The notes: generated by a model from the letters alone, not told the origin. A stretch of DNA of 64,000 nucleotides from a virus (IMGVR_UViG_3300049141_000098:128001-192000), one strand, 5' to 3'. Counted from the first letter of the stretch, positions 6,005-15,921 are shown. Made by a program: numbers and translations.

Positions 6005-6277
6005 ATGGACGCAGGGAGCCTGGACCGGCACATCACCGGGAACTGGGGAGAGGACTCTGTCGCACCGGAGTTCGTCGCAGCGCGAGAGCTGGGCGACTTC
6101 GAGGCGAGCGCCGAGGTCGTCATCGACGCCGCGCCGCAGACCGACGAGAAGTGCATCCCCGTGACGGTGGAGAAGGTGTCGATCACCTCCGGCATGGTGT
6201 ACGTGACGACGAAGGAGCTGGCCTGGCCCCTCGTCATCCCGGAGGATGACACCGTCTGGTTCGCCGACGAGAACTGA
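6005..6277 (+). CDS. Hypothetical acidic protein
   Basis: ORF with high GC3 and RBS. Confidence 0.65.
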   Translation: MDAGSLDRHITGNWGEDSVAPEFVAARELGDFEASAEVVIDAAPQTDEKCIPVTVEKVSITSGMVYVTTKELAWPLVIPEDDTVWFADEN

Positions 6278-6284
6278 TTCACCC

Positions 6285-6500
6285 GTGACTCACCTCAGTG
6301 AGGCCCTGGAGCGGCACCTCGCATCGACTCCGCGCCTTGCGGACGACCTGCCCGAACTGGTCGGGTCGCAAGAGCTGGCTGATGCCATGCTGCGCGGTCG
6401 GCATCAGGCGAATTTGTACGAGGCGACCTTGTTGGCGGCGTACTGCAAGACGTCGGTGAAGGATTTCTTCGAGCTGGACAGCACCAAGAAGGGAAACTGA
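6285..6500 (+). CDS. Small protein, possible XRE-like HTH
   Basis: GTG 6285; C-terminus ATLLAAYCKTSVKDFF resembles the end of XRE domains. Confidence 0.5.
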   Translation: MTHLSEALERHLASTPRLADDLPELVGSQELADAMLRGRHQANLYEATLLAAYCKTSVKDFFELDSTKKGN

Positions 6501-6769
6501 TGGAGCAGGGCCGGATTACCGTCAAGGGATCAATCGAGTTTCGTGATGCGGCGATAGAGCTGTCCAAGAAGGGGAGCGAGGTGTACGCCAGCCTTGCCGG
6601 ATCCGCGAAGACGTACCGAATCCTCACCGGCACGATGAGTCGGGTCACCGTGGAGGATCTCTTCTCAGCAGACCACCCGCCAATCCTGATGGAGGACTTC
6701 GCCACAGCGCTCGTCATCGCGGACAAGAACGGCAAGGACGTGCCGACCATCGACGTCTTCACACCCTGA
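6500..6769 (+). CDS. Hypothetical protein
   Basis: TGATG-coupled ORF. Confidence 0.7.
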   Translation: MEQGRITVKGSIEFRDAAIELSKKGSEVYASLAGSAKTYRILTGTMSRVTVEDLFSADHPPILMEDFATALVIADKNGKDVPTIDVFTP

Positions 6770-6783
6770 TCGGGGACGGGCCG

Positions 6784-7293
6784 GTGTACATTCCGCCGTC
6801 GTTGCGGCTCAAGGATCCGGCGCTGATCGAGCGATGGGAAAGGCTGGCTGTGTACGCGCGGGCAGTCCCGCCGCGACCCGCCATCATGCGCTACACCAAC
6901 TCGCTGCATCCCGAGTGGGTGCTGACGGGTCACCGCGCCAAGGGCATGGCTTCCGCAATCTTCTTCACCCGGGGCGAGGCTCACGACTTCGACGCCTTCG
7001 ACGAGGTGGAAGCGGGTGGAGAGTTTCACAGCGTGACCACCGAGTACAAGGTCAGCGAGAGAACCCCGTTCGTCATCCGCCGCGTCGATGCCACCCACCT
7101 GCGCGTAACCGAGGATGGCGACGATCTCGAACTGGCGTCAAACCAGAAGCAGGGTCTGGTAGGTCTCCTTCGATCCACACTGGGAGCCCAGAAGGCGGGG
7201 CTGCTCAAGCCTGACGCGCAGGAGCTGGACGAGCTGCTGGCGTTCCTGGAGCACGCCAGTGCAGACGTCGAAGAGGGTGTCCTCGGGCCGTAA
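6784..7293 (+). CDS. Hypothetical protein
   Basis: 169-aa ORF, high GC3. Confidence 0.7.
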   Translation: MYIPPSLRLKDPALIERWERLAVYARAVPPRPAIMRYTNSLHPEWVLTGHRAKGMASAIFFTRGEAHDFDAFDEVEAGGEFHSVTTEYKVSERTPFVIRRVDATHLRVTEDGDDLELASNQKQGLVGLLRSTLGAQKAGLLKPDAQELDELLAFLEHASADVEEGVLGP

Positions 7294-7363
7294 GACAGCC
7301 CGAGCGGAGAGCAGTACTGGCTGCCGGAAAGAGTCCGGCGGCTGACTTCGGAAAGGAAAAGAG

Positions 7364-7549
7364 ATGGGACGTTACGACGGCGGGCATGCGCCCGTGGACA
7401 GTTCGAGCTGGGACCAGCCGGTCAGCTCGATCAAGGACGGTGAACCCCACCCGGAGCCCGCCCGCAGCCGCAACGGCCAGCGTGAGGTCACTCCCGACCC
7501 GTACACCCAGGACAGCCCGCACGTGAAGCGGAACTTCGGGAAGCAGTAG
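7364..7549 (+). CDS. Hypothetical protein
   Basis: RBS GGAAAGGAAAAGAG; 61 aa. Confidence 0.65.
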   Translation: MGRYDGGHAPVDSSSWDQPVSSIKDGEPHPEPARSRNGQREVTPDPYTQDSPHVKRNFGKQ

Positions 7550-7594
7550 CGCGCCGTAGCTGCACGGCCGGACGGCAATAGGCCGAAAACATCA

Positions 7595-7626
7595 CAACAG
7601 CCACCCTCGAAAGGGGGTGGCTGTTG
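7595..7626 (+). terminator. Hairpin terminator
   Basis: CAACAGCCACCC / GGGTGGCTGTTG. Confidence 0.6.
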
Positions 7627-7683
7627 GCGTATTACCAGGTAGATTCTCCTACCAGTAACACTGCGAACGTTCGGAGAACAGAC

Positions 7684-7890
7684 ATGCCTTTGGGCACCGT
7701 GAAGTGGTTCAACGCCGAAAAGGGCTACGGCTTCATCCAGCAGGACGACGGCGGTGCCGACGTCTTCGTGCACTACAGCGCCATCCAGATGGACGGATAC
7801 CGCGCCCTCGAAGAGGGACAGCGCGTCTCCTTCGAGACGCAGCGTGGACGGAAGGGCATCGAGGCACAGGGTGTGACCCCCGCGTCGTGA
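7684..7890 (+). CDS. cspA: Cold-shock domain protein
   Basis: [15 protein letters not shown] (RNP1) and DVFVHYSAI (RNP2). Confidence 0.95.
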   Translation: MPLGTVKWFNAEKGYGFIQQDDGGADVFVHYSAIQMDGYRALEEGQRVSFETQRGRKGIEAQGVTPAS

Positions 7891-8465
7891 CCACGTACGC
7901 CCCGACGCGTGCGAGCTGGGACGACTGGGCCCTTGGCCTTGCATACGCCGCAGGGCCCGGTCCGACCGGCCGCGCAGACTGCACGAGAAGGCGCGTAGGT
8001 GCAGTCATCGTCGAACCTCAGCGTCATCGAGTCATAGGGCTCGGGTACAACGGCTCCGAGCCTGGCGGCCCGAGCTGCCTGAAGGGCGAATGCCCGAGGG
8101 GACGACACTTCCGGCAGGCTGAGCCGTACATGCGCGAGTGTGCCCATTGCGGAGACGATGACAGCTTCTGCTCCGATTGTCGTTACCTCTTCAAGTGTGC
8201 ATGCGGTAACGCATGGCCCTGCCCGGATTCAGTGCCACCTGGAAGCTCCTACGACACCGGGCCGGGGGCATGCATCAACGGCCACGCAGAGCAGAACGCG
8301 CAGGCGAACGTCACGGCGCCAGAGTGGCTGAAGGGCGCCACGCTGTACGTCACCGAGGAGCCCTGCGGGGGGTGCGTGCGGCAGATTCGGACCACCACTG
8401 AGATCGTGGCGATCGTATGGCCCCACGGGAGGCTCGACTTCGAGCGTCCAGGGCTGGACAAGTAG
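7887..8465 (+). CDS. dCMP (deoxycytidylate) deaminase, ComEB-like, with Cys-rich insertion
   Basis: [21 protein letters not shown] and PCGGC motifs; GTGA overlap with the csp gene. Confidence 0.9.
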   Translation: MTTYAPTRASWDDWALGLAYAAGPGPTGRADCTRRRVGAVIVEPQRHRVIGLGYNGSEPGGPSCLKGECPRGRHFRQAEPYMRECAHCGDDDSFCSDCRYLFKCACGNAWPCPDSVPPGSSYDTGPGACINGHAEQNAQANVTAPEWLKGATLYVTEEPCGGCVRQIRTTTEIVAIVWPHGRLDFERPGLDK

Positions 8466-8470
8466 ACAGA

Positions 8471-8496
8471 ACGAGGGCCCTCCAGGGGACCCTCGT
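8471..8496 (+). terminator. Hairpin terminator
   Basis: ACGAGGG / CCCTCGT after the deaminase gene. Confidence 0.55.
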
Positions 8497-8509
8497 TCCA
8501 TATCCACGT

Positions 8510-8521
8510 TGGCCTAGGCCG
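8510..8521. promoter_or_regulatory. Palindromic operator-like motif, copy 1
   Basis: TGGCCTAGGCCG, intergenic, just before -10-like GATACT. Confidence 0.65.
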
Positions 8522-8584
8522 TGATACTCTCGAAGAGTCAACAGCCTTGCCAGCAAGGTGACTTCGGAAAGGGAAAGAGGCGTC

Positions 8585-9019
8585 GTGGACGCGATCGAAG
8601 TGAGCAGGAAGCTCCGGGAGAACGACAACGGTGAGCTGATCTTGTTCGTCGGGCCCGACTACCAGCGCATGCAGGTGCGGGCGCGCATGGCAGGTTTCCC
8701 AACCCGGCAGGCCAGCCGCACGGAAGACGTTCAGGCCCTCAAGGAAGAGATCGCCGCCAGCGGCAAGTCGCTCATCCTTCTCGCCTCCGCGCCGGAGGTG
8801 GAAGGGTCTCTCGACCGCAGTGCGTTCGCGGATCTCGCCCACCTCGCCTACGGCTCTGACCGAGTCGTCTACTTCGGCGTCGAGTCATCCGTCGTCATCC
8901 ATCCCCTGCCCGCCAGCACTCGACTGACAGCCCGCCATGGCGCTCTGCACGTGCATCAAGCCGTCGACACTGTCGCGCCCGGAGAGACGGTGGTCGGACT
9001 GTCGGTGAACCACCTGTGA
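8585..9019 (+). CDS. Hypothetical protein
   Basis: RBS GAAAGGGAAAGAGG before GTG 8585. Confidence 0.7.
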   Translation: MDAIEVSRKLRENDNGELILFVGPDYQRMQVRARMAGFPTRQASRTEDVQALKEEIAASGKSLILLASAPEVEGSLDRSAFADLAHLAYGSDRVVYFGVESSVVIHPLPASTRLTARHGALHVHQAVDTVAPGETVVGLSVNHL

Positions 9020-9282
9020 GCGATCCGGGTATCAGCCCAGCCCAGGTGTCCGTCGTCCTCGACGCGATGATCCATGACTTCCAGGCCATGTTCCCCGGCA
9101 TCGGACGGGACACGGCCACGCTGTGCCTCATCACCATGAGCGAGGTCATGCGCGACTGCGGCGCCGCCAACGAAGCTGAGACTCTCTTCCTGAACCGCAT
9201 CGAGGAAGCCGAAGGCAGGCGAGAGGCTTGGGCTCTCGATGTACGACGAGCAGTGAAGAGCAAGGAAAGGGGAGGCTCGTGA
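9016..9282 (+). CDS. Hypothetical protein
   Basis: GTGA-coupled ORF. Confidence 0.7.
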   Translation: MSDPGISPAQVSVVLDAMIHDFQAMFPGIGRDTATLCLITMSEVMRDCGAANEAETLFLNRIEEAEGRREAWALDVRRAVKSKERGGS

Positions 9283-9554
9283 CAGAGCCCATCGGGAACC
9301 CAAACTTCGACAGCGAGAAGGCCATGGAGGGGATTGACCAGATCCTCACCTCGATTGAGGACGGCTACGGTCTGACTCGCGATGAGGCTTTCCAGTGCCT
9401 CAAGGAGATGGCCCTCGCGCTCACGGAGTTCCGTCCAGGAGACCCAGGCTTGGAAGCCAGCTTCCACAATGGAGTCTTTGACTGCGTGAACGACTTCCAG
9501 ACCTGGGCGGAGAAGGTTGACCGGGCGATCCGGAGCTGGGGTGACGAGGCGTGA
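9279..9554 (+). CDS. Hypothetical protein
   Basis: RBS and GTGA overlap. Confidence 0.7.
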   Translation: MTEPIGNPNFDSEKAMEGIDQILTSIEDGYGLTRDEAFQCLKEMALALTEFRPGDPGLEASFHNGVFDCVNDFQTWAEKVDRAIRSWGDEA

Positions 9555-10267
9555 GCGACATCCATGACCCCGACCGGTACATCGGCCGCTACGTCACCCT
9601 GGCCGAAGACGATGAGAGCGCCGCAGGGTTCCTGGTGGACGTGACTGACGACGTGAGGTACGAACCTCGGCCGGTTCGCTGGGTCGCTCTCGACTGGGGT
9701 CAGGGCTGGCCCGTCAGCGCCGACACCACGATCACCGTGGCGCCCGAGCCGCCCGTCGAGCCTGAGCCGGACAACGTGCAGAACCCGATCGACGTGATGC
9801 ATCGGGCGATGCATGCCGGGGGTGACTGCACCGAGGGCACGCACTGCATCAAGTCGACCTACGCCTACGCCGCGTTGCGGGCTTTCCGGGGGTGGCAGGA
9901 GAGGCAATCCGACCGGTACTGGGTCCATCACTATGTCGATCGCGTGAAGGCCAGCCCGGATGACGACAGTCTCGCTTCGAACCTCATCCGAGAAGCGAAG
10001 TCCGAAGGCGCCCCCCTCGCACATCATCGACCGCATGCAGTCCCTCGTGGACTGGCGCAAGAAGGAGCAGGCGTGAACGAGGTGTACCGCAGCAGGCGCC
10101 TTGCTGCGCGGGAGGCCGAGGTAGTGGCGGAGTTCCTTCATCCCACCACGGACGCCCCGATGGTGACCTGGTATCAGACAAGCACCATCGGTGGCGAGGA
10201 GCCGGAGTTCTACTCCGCCAGCAAGAAGGAGTTCTTGTCGTGGTTCGAGCTGAAGAGGCAGTCGTGA
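9551..10267 (+). CDS. Hypothetical protein, C-terminus DUF1653-like
   Basis: Coupled ORF; EVYRS...HPTTDAPMVTWYQ...FYSASKKEFLSWFE pattern. Confidence 0.55.
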   Translation: MSDIHDPDRYIGRYVTLAEDDESAAGFLVDVTDDVRYEPRPVRWVALDWGQGWPVSADTTITVAPEPPVEPEPDNVQNPIDVMHRAMHAGGDCTEGTHCIKSTYAYAALRAFRGWQERQSDRYWVHHYVDRVKASPDDDSLASNLIREAKSEGAPLAHHRPHAVPRGLAQEGAGVNEVYRSRRLAAREAEVVAEFLHPTTDAPMVTWYQTSTIGGEEPEFYSASKKEFLSWFELKRQS

Positions 10268-10494
10268 AGGACATCCGCTGCATCGAGTGCGGCAAGGTGC
10301 CCGGCGAGATCGGTGAGTACATCGACGCAGGCCGTGAGAACGGCGTGACGCCAGAGCTGTACGTCGAGCAGGAGGAAGGGACGTACAACCCGGAGAACGG
10401 CCACTTCCTGTGCACCGACGACTTCATCGCGATGGAGATCCGCACGGGCCGCCGCCTCGTCGGCAACAACGGAAGAGCCTGGACGGCGCCGTAG
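10264..10494 (+). CDS. Small Cys-containing phage protein
   Basis: GTGA overlap; CIECGK...EEGTYNPENGHFLCTDD. Confidence 0.7.
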   Translation: MKDIRCIECGKVPGEIGEYIDAGRENGVTPELYVEQEEGTYNPENGHFLCTDDFIAMEIRTGRRLVGNNGRAWTAP

Positions 10495-10549
10495 GCAAGC
10501 AGAAGAGCAGGCGTTACGACCTGGTCAGTCAGGCGGAAAGGGGAGGGGC

Positions 10550-10924
10550 ATGCAAGGCGTCACCTATCGACAGGAGATCGAGGCGGCGCGCGACCGGCTG
10601 CGCTCAACGGCCAGGGCCGCCACCGACGCACCGTGGGAGAAGGTTGTCGACCGCCACCAGAGAGGTGTTAGGACGCACAGCGTCTGGTCCGAGAAGAGGG
10701 ACCGATATGTCGCTGAAGTGACCGACACTGAGGAAGACGCTCGCTACATCCAGCTCATGGACTCCCTCTCCGGCCTCATGGTCGCCGACCTGATGACCTC
10801 CTTCCTGGAGACATGCGACGACGACCTGGATGCGAGCAGCGGTCATGAAGAATGCAATGCGGCCGACTGTCAGATCGCGGCCTTCATGACGCTGGCCTTT
10901 CGAATCAACGGGATGAACCCGTGA
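10550..10924 (+). CDS. Hypothetical protein
   Basis: RBS GAAAGGGAGGGG. Confidence 0.7.
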   Translation: MQGVTYRQEIEAARDRLRSTARAATDAPWEKVVDRHQRGVRTHSVWSEKRDRYVAEVTDTEEDARYIQLMDSLSGLMVADLMTSFLETCDDDLDASSGHEECNAADCQIAAFMTLAFRINGMNP

Positions 10925-11052
10925 GTGGCGGCCGGATCGTGGGACTGTCCGTCGCGCTGGCGCCTGCAATCTGCGGCATTCTGCTCGGCCTGGGGTGGAT
11001 CGCGTATCGACTGCACCTGCATTTCACCGAAGGGGAGGGTGACGATGCCTGA
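10921..11052 (+). CDS. Small membrane protein
   Basis: GTGA overlap; one hydrophobic helix IVGLSVALAPAICGILLGLGWIAY. Confidence 0.6.
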   Translation: MSGGRIVGLSVALAPAICGILLGLGWIAYRLHLHFTEGEGDDA

Positions 11053-11479
11053 GACCGATATTCCCCGGTATGAGATCGCCGAGCACGCCCTGAACAAGAT
11101 CGGCGAACTGCTGGACGAGTGGGAAGGTTCCGACTGGTCACGCACGGGCCCCGCCCAGGAGGTTCGGGGGATCGTGGACATTGCCAGGGCGCGCCTGCAC
11201 ATGGCGAAGCAGCAGCGGAACTATCGGCGGCGGCCGACATGGCTGGCTAGGGTGACCTCCAGCGTCTACGGGCGGGGATTCATGAAGCCCGGGGAGTTCG
11301 GCAAGGACCCCGATCCGCACCTGTGCTTCACCGTGGAGATCACGGACGGTACGAAGACCGCACGAGGCACGAGGGTGGAAGTCCAGGCTCCCGACAGCGA
11401 GATGGAATTCCTGGCCATGCAGATTCACAACATGGTCGAGCTGCGGCAGAGGCTGAAGGCGGAGGAGAGTGGATCATGA
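11045..11479 (+). CDS. Hypothetical protein
   Basis: RBS GAAGGGAGGG before ATG 11045. Confidence 0.65.
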   Translation: MPETDIPRYEIAEHALNKIGELLDEWEGSDWSRTGPAQEVRGIVDIARARLHMAKQQRNYRRRPTWLARVTSSVYGRGFMKPGEFGKDPDPHLCFTVEITDGTKTARGTRVEVQAPDSEMEFLAMQIHNMVELRQRLKAEESGS

Positions 11480-11679
11480 GTAGGCCTCTCCCCTGCCCTG
11501 GCTGCGGCGGTGAGCGTAAACCCCGGACGTACCTGTGCGGAAACTGCTGGTGGCTGCTCAAGCCTTGGGTTCGCGAAGCACTACGACGACGCGACAACCT
11601 TGCCAGAGTTCGGCTGCTGCAACTCCGCAAGCGCATCGCCGACGGCATCCCCCTTGAAAACTTGGAGGTCACGCGATGA
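11476..11679 (+). CDS. Small Zn-finger protein
   Basis: CPGC...YLCGNCW; ATGA overlap. Confidence 0.7.
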   Translation: MSRPLPCPGCGGERKPRTYLCGNCWWLLKPWVREALRRRDNLARVRLLQLRKRIADGIPLENLEVTR

Positions 11680-12233
11680 CGGAGTGCACTTGCTCCCCTG
11701 TGGGTGGCATGTCGCAGTGCATCCGCAGCGCGACCTGCCCTGCGCACGATGGGGGCATGTGCGCACAGTGGGGAGATCACGACCCCATGGGCCTCCTCGA
11801 CCCCAACCGCGAGTGGCCGCGCCAGGGTGACCTAGTGACGGCCAAGTCCGGGAGCGTGGAACGGACCGGCAAGCTGGTCGACTTCCACATCATCCAGACC
11901 TCCCCCGGGAACGAGTACGCGATCACCATCTCGACCATCCGGAAGCCGGATTGGGGCATGTACTGCCGACATGGTCTGAAGATCGTTGAAGCAGAACCCG
12001 CCGAGCATACGCTTCAGGGACCCCGACCGCTCTGCACCCTCGGAATAGGCGACTGGAGCCATCGGTGCGCCGAGAGCAGGTACTGCCCGGCTTGCTATCC
12101 GACTGGCCGCAAGGTGCAGCCGTGGCCCTGTCAGGAAGACGGCTGCACCGAGGCCGATTTCGAGCGGGAGCAGCAGGTGGAGATCGAGGAGTACTACGAA
12201 AGTCTGGCCGAACATGCTCGGGCCGACTGGTGA
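11676..12233 (+). CDS. Hypothetical Cys-rich protein
   Basis: ATGA-coupled ORF. Confidence 0.6.
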   Translation: MTECTCSPVGGMSQCIRSATCPAHDGGMCAQWGDHDPMGLLDPNREWPRQGDLVTAKSGSVERTGKLVDFHIIQTSPGNEYAITISTIRKPDWGMYCRHGLKIVEAEPAEHTLQGPRPLCTLGIGDWSHRCAESRYCPACYPTGRKVQPWPCQEDGCTEADFEREQQVEIEEYYESLAEHARADW

Positions 12234-12249
12234 GAAGAGGAGTCGCGTC

Positions 12250-12933
12250 GTGACCTGCGAGTGGATCCCGGGAGAGGCCATTCTAGGCTGTGACTGGGAT
12301 AGAAGCTGCCCGGTTCACGGAGAGGAGCCGCCAGACCCGGCGGAAGGGGAGGGTGAGATGAGCACTCGCGTATTTACCCGCGAGGAACTGGACGCGATGC
12401 ATCTTCCAGATTGCTGGCGTCCGGCGTGGAATTACGAGCGCCGAGAAGGAGAGGCCACCGCTCTTCACCTGGAATGGCACGAGGAGAAGCGCTGGTCGAC
12501 CGTCTGGCGACTGATCTTCAAGGCACCCGACGACGGCAAGATCTACGAGATCTTCTACCGCGAGGGCTCCACCGAGAATCAGGAGGACAGTGACCCCTGG
12601 AACGACGAAGACCGAGTGACGGCAACAGAGGTTGAAGCGCGACCCGTTGTGCGCTCTGAGTGGCGGCCAGTCCGACGCGGTCTAGTGCAACTCGGCAATG
12701 CCCTAGTCGACGCCGAGTGCGTCCGACCATTTCCGCCAGCGCAAGGCATTGCCGACGAGGTAGCGCACGGATGTTGGGAGCCGAACTTTGTCTGGCTGAG
12801 GGAGAAGGCGAAGGAGCTACGTCTTCTCCATGCTGGGATATTCGCCCCCGACACTGGCCTGCCTGAGATGCTCGTGACCTATCTCGACCGCGCCGAGGCC
12901 GCTGCCAAGCGGGGCAAGGAGAAGTTGGCATGA
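12250..12933 (+). CDS. Hypothetical protein
   Basis: ORF; alternative start at 12358. Confidence 0.6.
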   Translation: MTCEWIPGEAILGCDWDRSCPVHGEEPPDPAEGEGEMSTRVFTREELDAMHLPDCWRPAWNYERREGEATALHLEWHEEKRWSTVWRLIFKAPDDGKIYEIFYREGSTENQEDSDPWNDEDRVTATEVEARPVVRSEWRPVRRGLVQLGNALVDAECVRPFPPAQGIADEVAHGCWEPNFVWLREKAKELRLLHAGIFAPDTGLPEMLVTYLDRAEAAAKRGKEKLA

Positions 12934-13223
12934 GGTACGGAACCTACTTCGAGAACTCGGGCGCGCCTACCGAGGTCGAGCGTGGCACGTACTGCCCAGA
13001 CGGCGAGAAGATCGCCGAGTTCCCGGCTGGTCGACCGCAGGAGATGCAGGTCATCGAGCCATGGCCTTGCGAGAAGCCGTGGTGCACTCGGGAGAAGTTC
13101 GATCAGGCCCGCGCCGAAATGGAGGCGGAGCTGGCCGATGCGGACAAGCACGCCTGGGGATGTATGAGTGGCCCCGGGCATGAGGGCCCCTGCGATGGAG
13201 ATACCCGGCCGGAGTATCTGTAG
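12930..13223 (+). CDS. Hypothetical protein
   Basis: ATGA-coupled ORF. Confidence 0.65.
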   Translation: MRYGTYFENSGAPTEVERGTYCPDGEKIAEFPAGRPQEMQVIEPWPCEKPWCTREKFDQARAEMEAELADADKHAWGCMSGPGHEGPCDGDTRPEYL

Positions 13224-13265
13224 GGCTTCAGAGAGGGCGAAACGGAAAGGGGAGGGTGAGTTGAG

Positions 13266-14099
13266 ATGGGGCGTCAGCGGCCCGCGAACTCGACGGTTCG
13301 TCACGGCAACCCCGCGTGTGTCAATTATGGTTGCAAGGAGGCTGAATGCATAGAAGCTTCCCGGGTCTACAAGAGGGAGAACGACAGGGCGCGGCGAGAG
13401 GGCGTCAGGGCTACGGTCGATACCGCCGAGGCGGTGAAACATATTCACGAGCTGATGAAATTCGATATGCCCATTCCGGACATGGAAAAGATCTCCGGGG
13501 TGCATTCGAAAACGTTCGTGAAAATACTCAACGGCCGGTGCGAGCGCATCCACTGGGTCACCGAAGAAGCCATCCTCGGCATACCCGTACCGGAGACCGG
13601 GTGGGAGTCTTCGGCTGACTGCTACGTCAATGCCATCCCGGCAACTCGACGGCTACAGGCACTGGGTGTACAGGGTTTCACCGTGCCCGTTCTCTCGACG
13701 GAAATGAACGTGGAGCAGAGCGTCATCAACTCCGTCCGGTCCGGGCGGAGGCTCCGTATTCGAATGAAGACCATGCGCTCCATCAGGCGGGCTCATGACC
13801 GGCTCTATGACGCTGACCCTCTGGACTACGGAGTGTCGCGCGGGGATCTGACTCGCGCTCTTCGATTCGCCGAGAAGCAGGGTTGGTATCCAACTGAAGC
13901 GTGGGCCGATATCGATGACCCAGAATGCGAGCCGATCCTCAAGACACCTCGCTACATTTCTCTCACGGAGGATGCTCGGGAGCTGATAGAGCAGCAGGAT
14001 TACACGCTGGAACAGGCAGCCGGACGCCTGGGTGTCACGGTGAATGCAATCCAGAAGGCAAGGGCCAGGTATCGAGAGAACATGGCGAAAGCGTCGTGA
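13266..14099 (+). CDS. HTH DNA-binding protein with N-terminal Cys motif
   Basis: HGNPACVNYGCKEAEC; C-terminal YTLEQAAGRLGVTVNAIQKAR HTH. Confidence 0.7.
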   Translation: MGRQRPANSTVRHGNPACVNYGCKEAECIEASRVYKRENDRARREGVRATVDTAEAVKHIHELMKFDMPIPDMEKISGVHSKTFVKILNGRCERIHWVTEEAILGIPVPETGWESSADCYVNAIPATRRLQALGVQGFTVPVLSTEMNVEQSVINSVRSGRRLRIRMKTMRSIRRAHDRLYDADPLDYGVSRGDLTRALRFAEKQGWYPTEAWADIDDPECEPILKTPRYISLTEDARELIEQQDYTLEQAAGRLGVTVNAIQKARARYRENMAKAS

Positions 14100-14350
14100 C
14101 CGAGAATTCTGGTCGGCTGCTGGTCTGCACTCGCTGTGGCAGTCCAGCAGCCGTCGCCGAGGACACCGAAGGATGGGTCGACTGGGGTCTGGCCATTGTC
14201 GATGAAGACGGCGTGGTTCGGCCGCAGAGTGTGGACCCTGAAGGGATCACCGCCGTCACGAACATCCTCCGAGTGCGCGCATGCTGCACCAACCCGGAAT
14301 GCGAGTACCAGTGGACGCTCCGGCGTCGATTCGACCCCACGAGGATCTGA
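14096..14350 (+). CDS. Small Zn-ribbon protein
   Basis: CTRC ... CTNPEC; GTGA overlap. Confidence 0.65.
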   Translation: MTENSGRLLVCTRCGSPAAVAEDTEGWVDWGLAIVDEDGVVRPQSVDPEGITAVTNILRVRACCTNPECEYQWTLRRRFDPTRI

Positions 14351-14367
14351 CCAGGCAGGGAGGGAAC

Positions 14368-15183
14368 GTGGCGACACCGACGAAGATGACCACGCCGGAG
14401 CTGAACGAGGCGCTGCATGCGCACTTCATCCGCCCCGAGGACCGGATCGACCAGGCTAGGGCTGGAGCCGTCTACCTCACCGAGGTCACGGCACCCAACA
14501 GCAACCGGCGAGCAGACGCTGTGCACATCGGACTGTGGTCCTCGCGCGGCGCCGGACGGATAGACGTGTGCGAACTGAAGATCAGTCGCGACGACTTCCG
14601 GCGAGAGCTGGACAAGCCGGAGAAGGCGGAGGCCTGGTGGCCCTACTGTGACGCCTTCTGGATCGTGGCCCCCTCTGTTGAGGTGGCGCCGCCGGAGGAG
14701 CTGCCGGACGGCTGGGGGCTGATGGTCCCCGGTCCGCGCGGGCGGCGCTTCAAGAAGATCGTCGAACCGAAGAAGGACGAACCGGCAAAGATCACGCTGC
14801 CTCTGCTGCTCACCCTCCTCAAGAACACGGAGACAACGCGCACCAACGCCCTGCACCAGCAGGGGAAGAAGCTGCGACAGGAGGCGTACGAGCGCGAGCA
14901 GCGAGCGCTGGCGCGACGTCAGGCCAACACCTCCTCGGGGCGTCGCGTGGAGGCCCTGGATCGCCTGGAGGAGGTGTTGGGGTTGAAGCTGGACGACTAT
15001 CCGTGGGACGGCCGGATCACCCCGGAGACGGCCGCCGAGAGCCTGAAGACCTTCATGCAGGGGCAGGCCGCCGTTGACAATGCCAAGAAGGATGCCGAGC
15101 ACATGGTGCGCGAGCTGGACCGGGTTGCCAAGCAGGCGGGTGAGCAGGCCGATGCCTTGCGCAAGACTCTGGGGATCGGGTGA
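14368..15183 (+). CDS. MmcB-like PD-(D/E)xK nuclease domain with coiled-coil tail
   Basis: RRADAVHIGLW...ELKISRDDFRRELDKPEKAEAW...WIVAP...GWGLM. Confidence 0.75.
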   Translation: MATPTKMTTPELNEALHAHFIRPEDRIDQARAGAVYLTEVTAPNSNRRADAVHIGLWSSRGAGRIDVCELKISRDDFRRELDKPEKAEAWWPYCDAFWIVAPSVEVAPPEELPDGWGLMVPGPRGRRFKKIVEPKKDEPAKITLPLLLTLLKNTETTRTNALHQQGKKLRQEAYEREQRALARRQANTSSGRRVEALDRLEEVLGLKLDDYPWDGRITPETAAESLKTFMQGQAAVDNAKKDAEHMVRELDRVAKQAGEQADALRKTLGIG

Positions 15184-15239
15184 CGACCCGCCCCCTGCGG
15201 GGCTGGCGCTTTGTGTGAACTCTGCAAGGAGAATCGGGA

Positions 15240-15596
15240 ATGGAACCGCAATCGGTGAAATGCAACTTCTATGTACGAACCCCATCGAAGGATGACAAGT
15301 TCCACTACGACCGCGTCTCCATCAAAGGGCAGCCCGGAAGTGATGGCAGCTTGTCCACATTCCACCCTCCGGTAGTCGACGATCGCGTATTGCTGATCGA
15401 CCAGCACGGCCAAGTCCCCGATGGGGTCTACCGGGTCATCGAGCGGGGCTGGCTCCCCGTTGCCTACGGCTCGGCATCATGGCCGCATGGCGCACCAAGT
15501 GCTCAAACGGGCCCAACCCTGAATCTGCTCGTCGAGGAGTGCGACGGGATGTTCATGAACGAGTCCGATCTGCCGTCACCGTTCGGAGGGGACTGA
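15240..15596 (+). CDS. Hypothetical protein
   Basis: RBS AAGGAG. Confidence 0.65.
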   Translation: MEPQSVKCNFYVRTPSKDDKFHYDRVSIKGQPGSDGSLSTFHPPVVDDRVLLIDQHGQVPDGVYRVIERGWLPVAYGSASWPHGAPSAQTGPTLNLLVEECDGMFMNESDLPSPFGGD

Positions 15597-15597
15597 C

Positions 15598-15921
15598 ATG
15601 GGGGCATACGCCAGCATCTGCATCGTCTACGGGGTGGCCATCGACATCGAGGCCTCCGCGCTGGATTGGTGGGACCTGCCGGAAGAGGGAGAGGTGACCG
15701 GCATGGGCGTGGGGCTGTACGGAGGCTTCAAGAATCAGCACTTAATCATCTCTAGCACCCTGGAGAGTCTGGAACCGAGTGACGTGAAGGCCGTGCAGCC
15801 GTACCAGGCGGCCAGCGACCCCTACCTGACGTGGGACGCCATGCTCGTCGCGACGGCCGAGGATCTGAAGGTCCCCATCGTGGGTCAACCCGGCTGGCTC
15901 TTCAGTTTCGACGAAAGCTGA
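15598..15921 (+). CDS. Hypothetical acidic protein containing a TTA codon
   Basis: ORF; TTA at 15742-15744. Confidence 0.65.
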   Translation: MGAYASICIVYGVAIDIEASALDWWDLPEEGEVTGMGVGLYGGFKNQHLIISSTLESLEPSDVKAVQPYQAASDPYLTWDAMLVATAEDLKVPIVGQPGWLFSFDES

